Made by a program: the position numbers and the translations under genes. The notes under the pieces were generated by a model that was given only the letters and a program-made list of their open reading frames with translations, was not told the origin of the DNA and did not search any database. This document shows, in pieces, positions 9,324 to 18,000 of a DNA stretch of 64,000 nt (within the stretch, counting starts at the first letter, position 1; the number at the start of each line of letters is the position of its first letter). The stretch is from an uncultured Clostridia bacterium (GTDB taxonomy: Bacteria > Bacillota > Clostridia > Christensenellales > UBA1242). Where the stretch lies: positions 713,548 to 777,547 of the forward strand of contig CAKVHT010000001.1 in NCBI GenBank assembly GCA_934754375.1, read 5' to 3'.

Positions 9324-10085
9324 ATGCAAAGTTTAGATATAATTCGTCAAAAACGAAGATTTATTATGTTTAGTGAAAAAACAAAATCAGCCGTTTTGGA
9401 ACTGAATGCTTTTTTCGATAAATACGCAATGCACTTTGAAGAAAAAATTAAAAAATCTTTCACATACTACGATACTGATGATTTTGCTTTGTTAAAATCA
9501 AATATTGTGTTGTTCAAAACGCAAATTGGCAATTTTTGTGAATTAAACATGGCAACTGAAAAAATCAGTTCAACAAGCAGATTAACTTTGCGTTCAACCT
9601 ACAAACATTTCAACAAGTTAATCAAACCTCATGACCATTTGATGAAACATAAGCAATTTTTGATTGATAACTTCAAAAATATGTTTATTTCAGGTGTTAA
9701 TTTTGACCCTGAATTCTTGATGCAAAAATTAAAGCCAGCATACACAATCAACACAATAAGTGAAGAATATAAAAGCACAAATGGTATAGGTTTTAAAATC
9801 ACATATTCTTTTGATAAAGACACATACACCAATCATTTTACAGGTGTGAAAACTAATGCAAATATCTTAACAATTTATCAACATAGCAATGAGTCCACTG
9901 ACCCATATCTTGAAGATTTGGTTAGCAAATTGACACGTTATTGCAAAGAGCTTACCCCAACAAGCAAAACCAAAATTATGATTGCACGTGATTCTACAGC
10001 AAAGAAATTTGAACAAATGGATAAATTTAAACAAGAAAAAGAAAAGCAAAAAAGAGAACTTGAACTTAAAAAGAGAAAGAAATAA
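9324..10085 (+). CDS. Hypothetical protein (weak CYTH-like features, Lys/Glu-rich tail)
   Basis: 253 aa. GAAGGGG SD before the ATG. FTYYDTDDFALLKSNIVLFK resembles the YFDTpd..L strand of CYTH domains, but the EXEXK motif is absent. Confidence 0.6.
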   Translation: MQSLDIIRQKRRFIMFSEKTKSAVLELNAFFDKYAMHFEEKIKKSFTYYDTDDFALLKSNIVLFKTQIGNFCELNMATEKISSTSRLTLRSTYKHFNKLIKPHDHLMKHKQFLIDNFKNMFISGVNFDPEFLMQKLKPAYTINTISEEYKSTNGIGFKITYSFDKDTYTNHFTGVKTNANILTIYQHSNESTDPYLEDLVSKLTRYCKELTPTSKTKIMIARDSTAKKFEQMDKFKQEKEKQKRELELKKRKK

Positions 10086-10153
10086 AATTTTCACAATTGT
10101 TTGCAAAGCAAAACAGCTTTTAATACAATTAATTAATTTTAGTTGCAGAAAAA

Positions 10154-10182
10154 TAAAAAAACGGACAACTCGTCCGTTTTTT
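10154..10182. terminator. Bidirectional intrinsic terminator between convergent genes
   Basis: AAAAAAA-ACGGAC-aactc-GTCCGT-TTTTT. Confidence 0.8.
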
Positions 10183-10217
10183 CACATTTATTTTTTCAGC
10201 ACAAAATCTTGCACAAT

Positions 10218-11606
10218 TTATTCTTCATCTTTTGGCTTATCGGCATCAAGATAAACACCAACAAGTTCGCCTTTATTGCTGTGGTTGTTTGTTAAGTCAA
10301 TTTTAAACAAATAACCAGATTTATCGCCTGTGCAGTAATACAAATCGCCACCGTTGATATCCAAAAAGTCTTTGTTAAACTCGATTGTTGCCAAAGTTGA
10401 TATTGTTGCTGTTCTGCCTGCCAAAAATTCACTGTAACTAACAATTTTAAGTTTGTTATTGTTGTCATAATAAACAATTGAGCCATTTGCAAAGCCAATA
10501 ACATTGATTGCGGTAACTTCGCTTTCGCTGTCATTGTCAACGATAGTGTTCAAACCAACACGATTATCTCCACGAAGGTAGAATTGAATAACATTGTCAC
10601 GCACAGAGATTAAATCTTCGCCATTTGGCAAAAGGTGCAAACTACCAACAATTTCACTGTTACAATCAAACATCTTAACAAATGCGCCACCAATTTCTGC
10701 ACGATACATATAAGTGTTGCTGCCGTCTTTACGTGTTGCAAACACATAGTTTTGGCTTACAAACTTAACTTCAACTTCGGTTGATGAATTTTTAATGCCT
10801 GTATCTGTTTTTGTGTTTGATGCAATATTATAACGCACCAAACTGTAAGTGCTGTTATTGTTTACAACATAGAAGATACGGTCATAAGCATTATCGTCTC
10901 CGTCATATCCAAACACAACACTGCTTACGTTTGAAGCCACAACTGATGCCTTTTTATCCTTTTTCTTTTTAGCTTCAATATCAACACGATAAAGCATATT
11001 TTTGTTGCCTTTACCGTTTAAATCTTCGCCTTTTTCATAAACCAAAAGGTATGGTTTATTACCTTTAAAATAATATTTAAAACTTAAATTTTCATGTTTA
11101 ACATTTGCTGTATAAATTCTTTCAACCTTATCAAAGTTGTCAAGTTTAACACGATAGAAAACTGACCTATCTTTTGCCCAATCACTTTTGCCAATTTTGC
11201 CTGATTCATTTTCATTGCTTGGGCTTACAAAATAAAGGTAGTCGCCAAACACATAAAGGTCTGTTGCGTCATAGCCAGCCAACTTGGCGCTGATTTGACG
11301 CAAGTTGTTTGAAACAAGATAATTGTCATCATTACGCACAAATTCGTCACTTTCAAGTTTTGCAACATACAAGCCACCTTTCACAAAACTGCTGTTGCGT
11401 TTGTCTTCAGTCAACTCACTAACCTTTTGAAAACCATTTGCAAAATAAACGTATTCGCCTTTCCTTACAACCATACCGCCATTGCCAATAACTGCTTCTT
11501 CAGTTTTTGGTGCAAAGCCGTTGCTTTTATCTTTTGCACAGCCAACAAGGCCAAAGGCAAACACGCACAATAATAAACAAATAATAAAATTAGAAAACTT
11601 TTTCAT
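10218..11606 (-). CDS. Lipoprotein, DUF5050/TolB-like beta-propeller type (function unknown)
   Basis: Lipobox LLLCVFAFGLVGC after MKKFSNF (ATG at 11606). Recurring YVYFANG / LYFVSP / FYRVKL / LYRVDI / MYRAEI / LYYCTG blades. The track start at 11681 lies upstream of the signal peptide. Confidence 0.8.
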   Translation of the reverse strand: MKKFSNFIICLLLCVFAFGLVGCAKDKSNGFAPKTEEAVIGNGGMVVRKGEYVYFANGFQKVSELTEDKRNSSFVKGGLYVAKLESDEFVRNDDNYLVSNNLRQISAKLAGYDATDLYVFGDYLYFVSPSNENESGKIGKSDWAKDRSVFYRVKLDNFDKVERIYTANVKHENLSFKYYFKGNKPYLLVYEKGEDLNGKGNKNMLYRVDIEAKKKKDKKASVVASNVSSVVFGYDGDDNAYDRIFYVVNNNSTYSLVRYNIASNTKTDTGIKNSSTEVEVKFVSQNYVFATRKDGSNTYMYRAEIGGAFVKMFDCNSEIVGSLHLLPNGEDLISVRDNVIQFYLRGDNRVGLNTIVDNDSESEVTAINVIGFANGSIVYYDNNNKLKIVSYSEFLAGRTATISTLATIEFNKDFLDINGGDLYYCTGDKSGYLFKIDLTNNHSNKGELVGVYLDADKPKDEE

Positions 11607-11862
11607 ATATCCTCGTCCAAAATTATTGCCAAAAGCGCAAATAAATATGCAATCAACACCCTTATCAAGATGCAAAAACATGCCGTTATTTCACGCTTAC
11701 ATAATATTAACACACAAACACAAGGTTGTCAAACAAAATAACTTGCAACAAAAGCCATTTAATCAGTAAATTTCAACAATAAAAGTGTCTTTAGCACATT
11801 TAATTTAACATAGCGCCAATTTTCTTGTAATAGATAAATAATCAGCACAGTATAATAAAAAT

Positions 11863-12795
11863 ATGAAAAGCAAAACTTTAATTTTACAGTCACAAACAGA
11901 CAATCAATCTGGCAGAGCAATTTTAACATTATCAAAACAAGATGACATATTAACAACCAAATTGCGCCTATACAATTTTGCCCCACTTTCCCCACAATCA
12001 AAAATAGGGGTTTATCACAACAATCAGGTGTATTCTGGCAATATGTTGCTTAAAGACGGCGCATATATAAGTTCTTTGGTTGGCGATTTTGACATGGATA
12101 ATGATTTTTATTGCGCAGTTATCGACACAGAAAACAATAATGCCCCACTGCTTGCTGGTGGCACGTATGCAGGGTTCTATTTTAATGACACATCAGTGAT
12201 AACAAACAATTTAAACAACAGTTTCAGCCCAAACAAAATAACCCCAGCCCGTGAAACAGCTTGTGAATCAGTTAAACCTGCGCACGCAAGTCAGCAACCA
12301 CACTGCAACTGCCCAAATGAAGAAGAATATTCCCCATGCAAATCTTGCAAGTATAAAGATTACTTTTTTGCTCAAAACCCTGAATTGCCGTCTCAACAGG
12401 CCAAACAAACTTACGCACAAAAAACTGACAACACAGCCCCACAAGAAGACAAACCGACCAAAGCACAAATCCCAACAATACTGGAAAGTTTGATTCCGCA
12501 ATTTGATTATATTTTTAAAACCTTTCCAGAATGTGTTGAACTTAACTCCCGCATTGAAAACAGCAAATTCGTGACCATCAGCGAAGGCAGTTCAACATAT
12601 TGTTTGGGTGCGATTTATAAGGATAATCAACCTGAATATATTTGTTATGCTGTGCCAACTGCCTACAATGCCCCAGTGCCAGAAGAATTAGGTTCACATC
12701 ATCAATGGCTACCGCTTGACCCAGACGACCCATTGAGTGACGGCTATCACATTGTGTATCAAGATGCCCACGACCTAAAAATTGTTGAATTTTAA
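11863..12795 (+). CDS. Hypothetical protein
   Basis: 310-aa ORF with a Cys-rich patch (CNCPNEEEYSPCKSCKY) and a Pro/Gln-rich linker. I recognise no family. Confidence 0.6.
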   Translation: MKSKTLILQSQTDNQSGRAILTLSKQDDILTTKLRLYNFAPLSPQSKIGVYHNNQVYSGNMLLKDGAYISSLVGDFDMDNDFYCAVIDTENNNAPLLAGGTYAGFYFNDTSVITNNLNNSFSPNKITPARETACESVKPAHASQQPHCNCPNEEEYSPCKSCKYKDYFFAQNPELPSQQAKQTYAQKTDNTAPQEDKPTKAQIPTILESLIPQFDYIFKTFPECVELNSRIENSKFVTISEGSSTYCLGAIYKDNQPEYICYAVPTAYNAPVPEELGSHHQWLPLDPDDPLSDGYHIVYQDAHDLKIVEF

Positions 12796-12956
12796 TTTTT
12801 AAACTGACAGGCTTCAGCACTTCAACAGCCCTATTGCTCAAAAAGGTATATTAAGGGGCTGTTTAGTGCCCGGCTTAAAAGAAAGCAATCCAACACCCTA
12901 AAGGTGAAATTTGTATATTGTTAATATACAAATGAAATAATGGGCGAAATGGTCGC

Positions 12957-13023
12957 TTATAATGGGTATCGTTATGGTTGCTATGCTCGCTTTCGGTGGC
13001 ACTTTCGCTTACTTTACTGCTAA
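12957..13023. repeat. Left arm of a perfect 67-bp inverted repeat (partner 14340-14406)
   Basis: ttataatgggtatcgttatggttgctatgctcgctttcggtggcactttcgcttactttactgctaa is the exact reverse complement of 14340-14406, checked base by base. The flanking bases differ immediately on both sides. Confidence 0.97.
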
Positions 13024-13507
13024 AGCCAATGATAAGTCTGCAAGTGTTACAATGGGTCATGTAAGATTGGCAGCTTCTGGTGACGCATTTGAAACAGCTG
13101 CTACAGGTGTTATGCCTGGTGATAAAGTTGCAGTTGGTGGTGTTACTCTTACAGCTACAACAAACGATGATGAAGGTGAATGGGTAGCTATCAAAGTTAC
13201 TATCACAGGTGACAAAGCTTCAGCTTTGGCAATTGACACATCTTCTCTTGGTGCTGATTGGGAAGAAACAACAACAGGTTCAGGTATTTTTGTTTACAAC
13301 AAAAAATTAACTTCAACAGTTACAGTATTTGCTGAAGGTTTCCAAATTGCAACATCAGTTAGCGATGTTTGGGAAGAAGGTAAAGATGCTTCAAATTCAG
13401 GCATCATGGATGCAACTGTTACAGTTAAAGTTGAATCAAGAGGTATCCAAGCTTCTAACGTTACACTTGAAGTAGCTAAAACACAATTGGTAACATTGTT
13501 TGCTTAA
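12962..13507 (+). CDS. TasA/camelysin-like (SipW-type signal) protein cassette, 5'-truncated and probably silent
   Basis: MGIVMVAMLAFGGTFAYFTAKA carries the GGTFAYF(S/T) motif of SipW-dependent signal peptides. There is no SD and no charged n-region. An in-frame stop lies at 12938-12940. Confidence 0.7.
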   Translation: MGIVMVAMLAFGGTFAYFTAKANDKSASVTMGHVRLAASGDAFETAATGVMPGDKVAVGGVTLTATTNDDEGEWVAIKVTITGDKASALAIDTSSLGADWEETTTGSGIFVYNKKLTSTVTVFAEGFQIATSVSDVWEEGKDASNSGIMDATVTVKVESRGIQASNVTLEVAKTQLVTLFA

Positions 13508-13516
13508 TCTAAAGAA

Positions 13517-13545
13517 TAAAAAACCGACATCAGTCGGTTTTTTTC
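13517..13545 (+). terminator. Intrinsic terminator of the plus-strand TasA-like cassette
   Basis: AAAAAACCGAC-atca-GTCGGTTTTTTT. Confidence 0.8.
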
Positions 13546-13782
13546 TTATCTTCCAGAATTGTCATTGCAAATATGTTATTATAAAGAACAACAAAACAGA
13601 TTTTGTTGTTCTAATATATAATATATATGTAAGATGTTAATTTTTGCCTTAACATCAATTGGCATTAATTCAAAATAGCATTCAATTGCAAACATATAAT
13701 TTAAATAATTGTGGTTAAATTATTAAATTGCATACATGTTTTATAATTTAAAAATCTAAAATATTTAAGAAATGGATTGAAT

Positions 13783-13810
13783 AAAAAAAACACGCTAATG
13801 CGTGTTTTTA
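13783..13810 (-). terminator. Intrinsic terminator of the minus-strand TasA-like gene
   Basis: On the minus strand: AAAAACACGC-atta-GCGTGTTTTTTTT, 10 nt after the stop at 13820. Confidence 0.8.
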
Positions 13811-13819
13811 ATAATTTGA

Positions 13820-14455
13820 CTAAGCAGTTTTCAAACCTACAGCAGTCAAAGCTTGTTCTAATGTAGCATTTTGTAATTGACAAGCATAAGCTTCCAATTT
13901 AACTACAACTGTTTTACCCATCAAGTCAACTTTTGTTGTGCTGCCAGCTTCATTGTAAGAACCGTCAACATAAAGAACGTCAGCATTGAATGTAATAGCA
14001 TCACAAACATCAATATCGCCTGTTTGAGGAGCTGCATCAGTTGTTTGCATTGAATAAACACCTTCAACACCTGCAACACCTTCAACTTTTGTCCATGTGC
14101 CTTTTGGTGTTACATTCAAAACATCTGAAGGTACAGCAGTTGTTGCAGTTTTTTCATCAGCACCATAAGTAGCTGATACTTTTACAAACAAATATGCACC
14201 ACGGTCAGAATTATTTTTGAATGATACTTTACTAATAACTGTTTCAGTTGGAAGCACTAATTCTTTTTTAGCAACAGTAACAGCACCATCAGAAATGCTG
14301 ATTTTACCTGTTGTGAATGAGCCTTTTACTTCACTTGTCTTAGCAGTAAAGTAAGCGAAAGTGCCACCGAAAGCGAGCATAGCAACCATAACGATACCCA
14401 TTATAATGATTGCAAATGTTGACTTTGTCATCTTTTTAGATTTCATTTTTGTCAT
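13820..14455 (-). CDS. TasA/camelysin-like secreted protein with a SipW-type signal peptide (expressed copy)
   Basis: MTKMKSKKMTKSTFAIIIMGIVMVAMLAFGGTFAYFTAKTSEVKGSFTTGKISIS. AAAGGGG SD upstream, a Lys-rich n-region and the GGTFAYFTA motif. Confidence 0.85.
   Translation of the reverse strand: MTKMKSKKMTKSTFAIIIMGIVMVAMLAFGGTFAYFTAKTSEVKGSFTTGKISISDGAVTVAKKELVLPTETVISKVSFKNNSDRGAYLFVKVSATYGADEKTATTAVPSDVLNVTPKGTWTKVEGVAGVEGVYSMQTTDAAPQTGDIDVCDAITFNADVLYVDGSYNEAGSTTKVDLMGKTVVVKLEAYACQLQNATLEQALTAVGLKTA
14340..14406. repeat. Right arm of the perfect 67-bp inverted repeat (partner 12957-13023)
   Basis: Exact reverse complement of 12957-13023. Covers codons for IMGIVMVAMLAFGGTFAYFTAK of the expressed gene. 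Confidence 0.97.
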
Positions 14456-14482
14456 TTTAATTTTCCCCTTTAAAATTTTTTG

Positions 14483-14567
14483 CTTTGGCTTAAAGCCAAA
14501 GTGAGTTTTTTAAATTGTTTGGCAATTTAAGTGTTGCCAACTTTTGCCTTTTGGCTGATGCCAAAAG
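14483..14567. promoter_or_regulatory. Three consecutive TTGGC..GCCAA palindromes/hairpins in the 5' region of the expressed TasA-like gene
   Basis: CTTTGGCTtaaAGCCAAAG (14483-14501), TTGGCAAtttaagtgTTGCCAA (14519-14540) and CTTTTGGCtgatGCCAAAAG (14548-14567). Confidence 0.5.
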
Positions 14568-15008
14568 TGTTCCCTAAATGCTAGATGTCGACCAAACGTG
14601 CAATGCACATTTGTTGCATACAAAGCAAAATGAAACTGTTTTTTCCGCACCTAGTGTGTACAATTTAAGCGCGAAAAGTTTGTATCACTACAAACAAATT
14701 TGCAAATTTACTTGTATGGGTTTTGCCCCAACAATATTGATACGTCGCCATACCAATTTTGCCTTTTGCACCAATCAAACCATTTAAAATAAATTGATTG
14801 ATACACGTTAATAAATTATTACTAATTTATTTTTAATTGACAGGTAAACTAATCGACATCATTCACTGTCAATTTCATGATATAACAATTAACGGTGGAT
14901 AGTCAAACAAAAAACGACATGTTTTGCCAAAAAAGCGATAGTTTTTGTTAAAAATGCCAAAAAACTGGCAAACTTATCTTTTTTAGATTGCTAATTTTAT
15001 TTCAAGCA

Positions 15009-15040
15009 CAAAAAAAGGCACACTGTAAAAGTGAGCCTTT
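15009..15040 (-). terminator. Intrinsic terminator after the giant gene
   Basis: AAGGCTCAC-ttttaca-GTGTGCCTT followed by a T-run on the minus strand, 7 nt after the stop at 15047. Confidence 0.65.
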
Positions 15041-15046
15041 TTAAAT

Positions 15047-18000
15047 CTATGCATTTGTAAGCAATTTATAAATTGTGTAAGTCAATGTTAAAGATGAATT
15101 TGCTTTGCCAACAAAACCAAATTCAATATCTCCGTCAACATTCAACGCAATAGTAAACTGATAAGTTTGACCATTGATTGTTATTGAAAGGTTGATTTGA
15201 TTTGCATTGTCTTTATCAAACTCAGCGGTGTAATTTGTGATTGCCTCGCCTGCCATATTTTCAACTTTAAAGCATGATGGCAAGTTGGTTGATTGCATAT
15301 CGCAATTGAATGTGAATGACAATGTTTCGTTATCAGTGAATTTGAGTGATGTAAGTTGTTTTTTATCTTCTCCACTGCCTTGGAATTGCTTAAATGCAAC
15401 TTTTGTTTGGTCGTCATAAGCAAATGATTTGCCGTCAATGCCAGGGTTGATAACATCTGAACCTGTCAATGTTGCTGGAGTGTTCAAGTTAAGTTTGATT
15501 ATATCATCAAACAACTTTTCTTCCACGGACAAAGAATATCCATTTTTAAGCACTTTTACATTGAAAGTTTTGTTTGCAACCAATGCAAATGTTTGATTGA
15601 TTTCAGTGCCTGTTGCTGTTGCATCGCCTGACAATACAATTGTATATTTGCTTGGCAAAATTGATGTGATTTTAAGTGTGGCAGTTGAATTTTCAAGATA
15701 ATAATCACTTTCAAATTTTGTGTTGCCTGAAAGGGTTGCATCATTAACTTTGATTTTATCAATATATTTTGCACTAGCCTCTTCAACATTCACGGTTACA
15801 TTAAATTTTAATATACTGCTTACGTAAATCTTAAGCAATTTTGAGCCATCATTTGTTGAGCCTTGCAATGAGGATATCATTGAATTTGTGATTGTTAAAG
15901 TTGAACCAGTTATCCTATGCTCGCCTTTTGAATCGGTGTAATAATAGTAAACCAATTCTTCATTCTTCAATGATTTTTTGCGCAACATTGTGAGTGTGTC
16001 ATTCACACTTGACATTTTTTGCAATTTCAATTTGCCAGCAATGTAGCCTGCTGTTGCTCCGTTTGATTGATATGTGTAGTTATCAAGGTTGCGTGGCAAA
16101 AGCACCATTTCAGTGTCAATCAACACTTTTTGGAACACAACTGTATATGTGCCTGCAATGCTTGAAACAAACACATCTTCACTTAAACCTGAAAGGTTGT
16201 TGCCGTCAGTGATAACAATGCGCCCGTTTGCTTGTTTAACATATTTGCTATCAATGTTGCCATAATCCTTTTTAACACCAACATAGCGATACCCAACTGG
16301 CACGTTGTTGATTTGAATTGACACTGTGTAACCCATAATGAATGAGCCTTGTTTGCCAACATCATTGCCATTTATATTTAAACTTGCGAATGTTGAAAGC
16401 AATGTATTGTCAGTTGAATGGAACACTGCCCCATTTGAACTGTCGCCAGCCACCACAAGTGTGATTTGACCTTGTTTTCTATCCACAATTTCAACACGAA
16501 TGTTGATTGCGCCAATTTCATAATCGCTGTTTTTGATATAAATCTTGTTGAGGCTATCCAAACGTGCACTGTCATCGTTGACATAGATGATTAAGTCATA
16601 AATTTCTTTTAATGTATAACTAATTGAAATTTCGTCATTTGTTACAACATTGCCTGTTTGTGGATTGTTTTGCAAGTTGTTTAAACTGCCATGATTTACC
16701 ATCAAAAGCCAATCGGTTAAATAAGTTGATATTGTTGATTGGTCGATTTGTTCGCCCCTATATGTGAACACCAAATTTACTGGCAATTCAACAGGAACAA
16801 AGTTTGCATAAATGGTCATATCTTCATAAGTTTTAACAGGAGATGTGATTGTTGAACCATTTTGATTTGTGAAATTTACACCAGTGTAATACTTACTGTT
16901 GAATGTTGCTGTTATTGCATTTTCAAGCCCGTTATATGTGTATATAAATGTTGTTTGACTGCCAATATGTTCGCTTTCAGCTGAGAGTGTTACCGCATTA
17001 TAGTTGTTGCCATTTGCAACAGTTAATGTACGTGTTGTGCAGTTTGTGTCGTTTACACCTGGCACAATTGCCAATGTGATTTTGTGCATTTCCGCCACCT
17101 CAAACGCAAAACTGAAATAACGTTGAGATTTTGGCACAATAATGCCACGGTCTGTTTCCACCATATTGAACAAATCATCGGTTGTGATGTTGTAAGTGTT
17201 TACAGGCAAATCTTTTAACAAGAAATTATATTCACAAGGGTACAATGTTTTGCTTGCAACAGATTTTGGTTGATAACCCCAACTGTTTAAGAATGCATAA
17301 GGCTTATCATTATACATATAGCAATAAACCACACTATCATTTGCGTCTAAAACTGTTGATGCAGGCAATTCTAATGTATGCGTGCCTTTGTTAAGGTTCC
17401 ACTCTGTTTCTTGCAAATAGTTATCAAGTGTATCCGTTGTTGAGCCTTGGTTGAATATGCTGTAATAAATGTCAAAATCAAGCAAGATTATATTGATATC
17501 AATATCGCCTAATTGTTGACTTGCTTCTACTGAATAATTTCCAGTTGTGTAGAAATATTTCCTAAGCCAGAAGCCACTTAAATTTAAATAATATGTTTGT
17601 CTTTCTTTTGCTGTTGTGCGGTTGATTAATTCGCCAGAAAGGTCATAAGACTGCAAAAGTGTTCCATTTGTTGTAAAGTCTTTTTCTGCCAAACCATAAC
17701 CGGTATATGCATAATAGAACAATTCAACTTTTTCGTCACGTTTTAAGTTTGTAACAGTATATGGTTGTGCGGTTGTTCTCTTGCTGTATCCTTGGCGAGC
17801 GATTTCCATCATGCCTGCACTTTGATTTGTCATCGACATAATGGTGCTGTAACCAATTCTGTCATAAACAATGCTGATGTCGATTTTAGAACCTGTTTCG
17901 AGTTCAATATCGGTCAAAAGCAGATTGTTTAATTTTGTTTTTGCGCCAACATCTGTGTTGGTATCAAAAGTTATCAAATATGAATAACTTGTTTTTGCAA

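Noticed and set aside
14519-14541. Sigma-54 promoter (TGGCAA...TTGCC) upstream of the TasA-like gene
   Set aside because: The GG to GC spacing is 13 nt instead of the required 10. The element is better explained as a palindrome.
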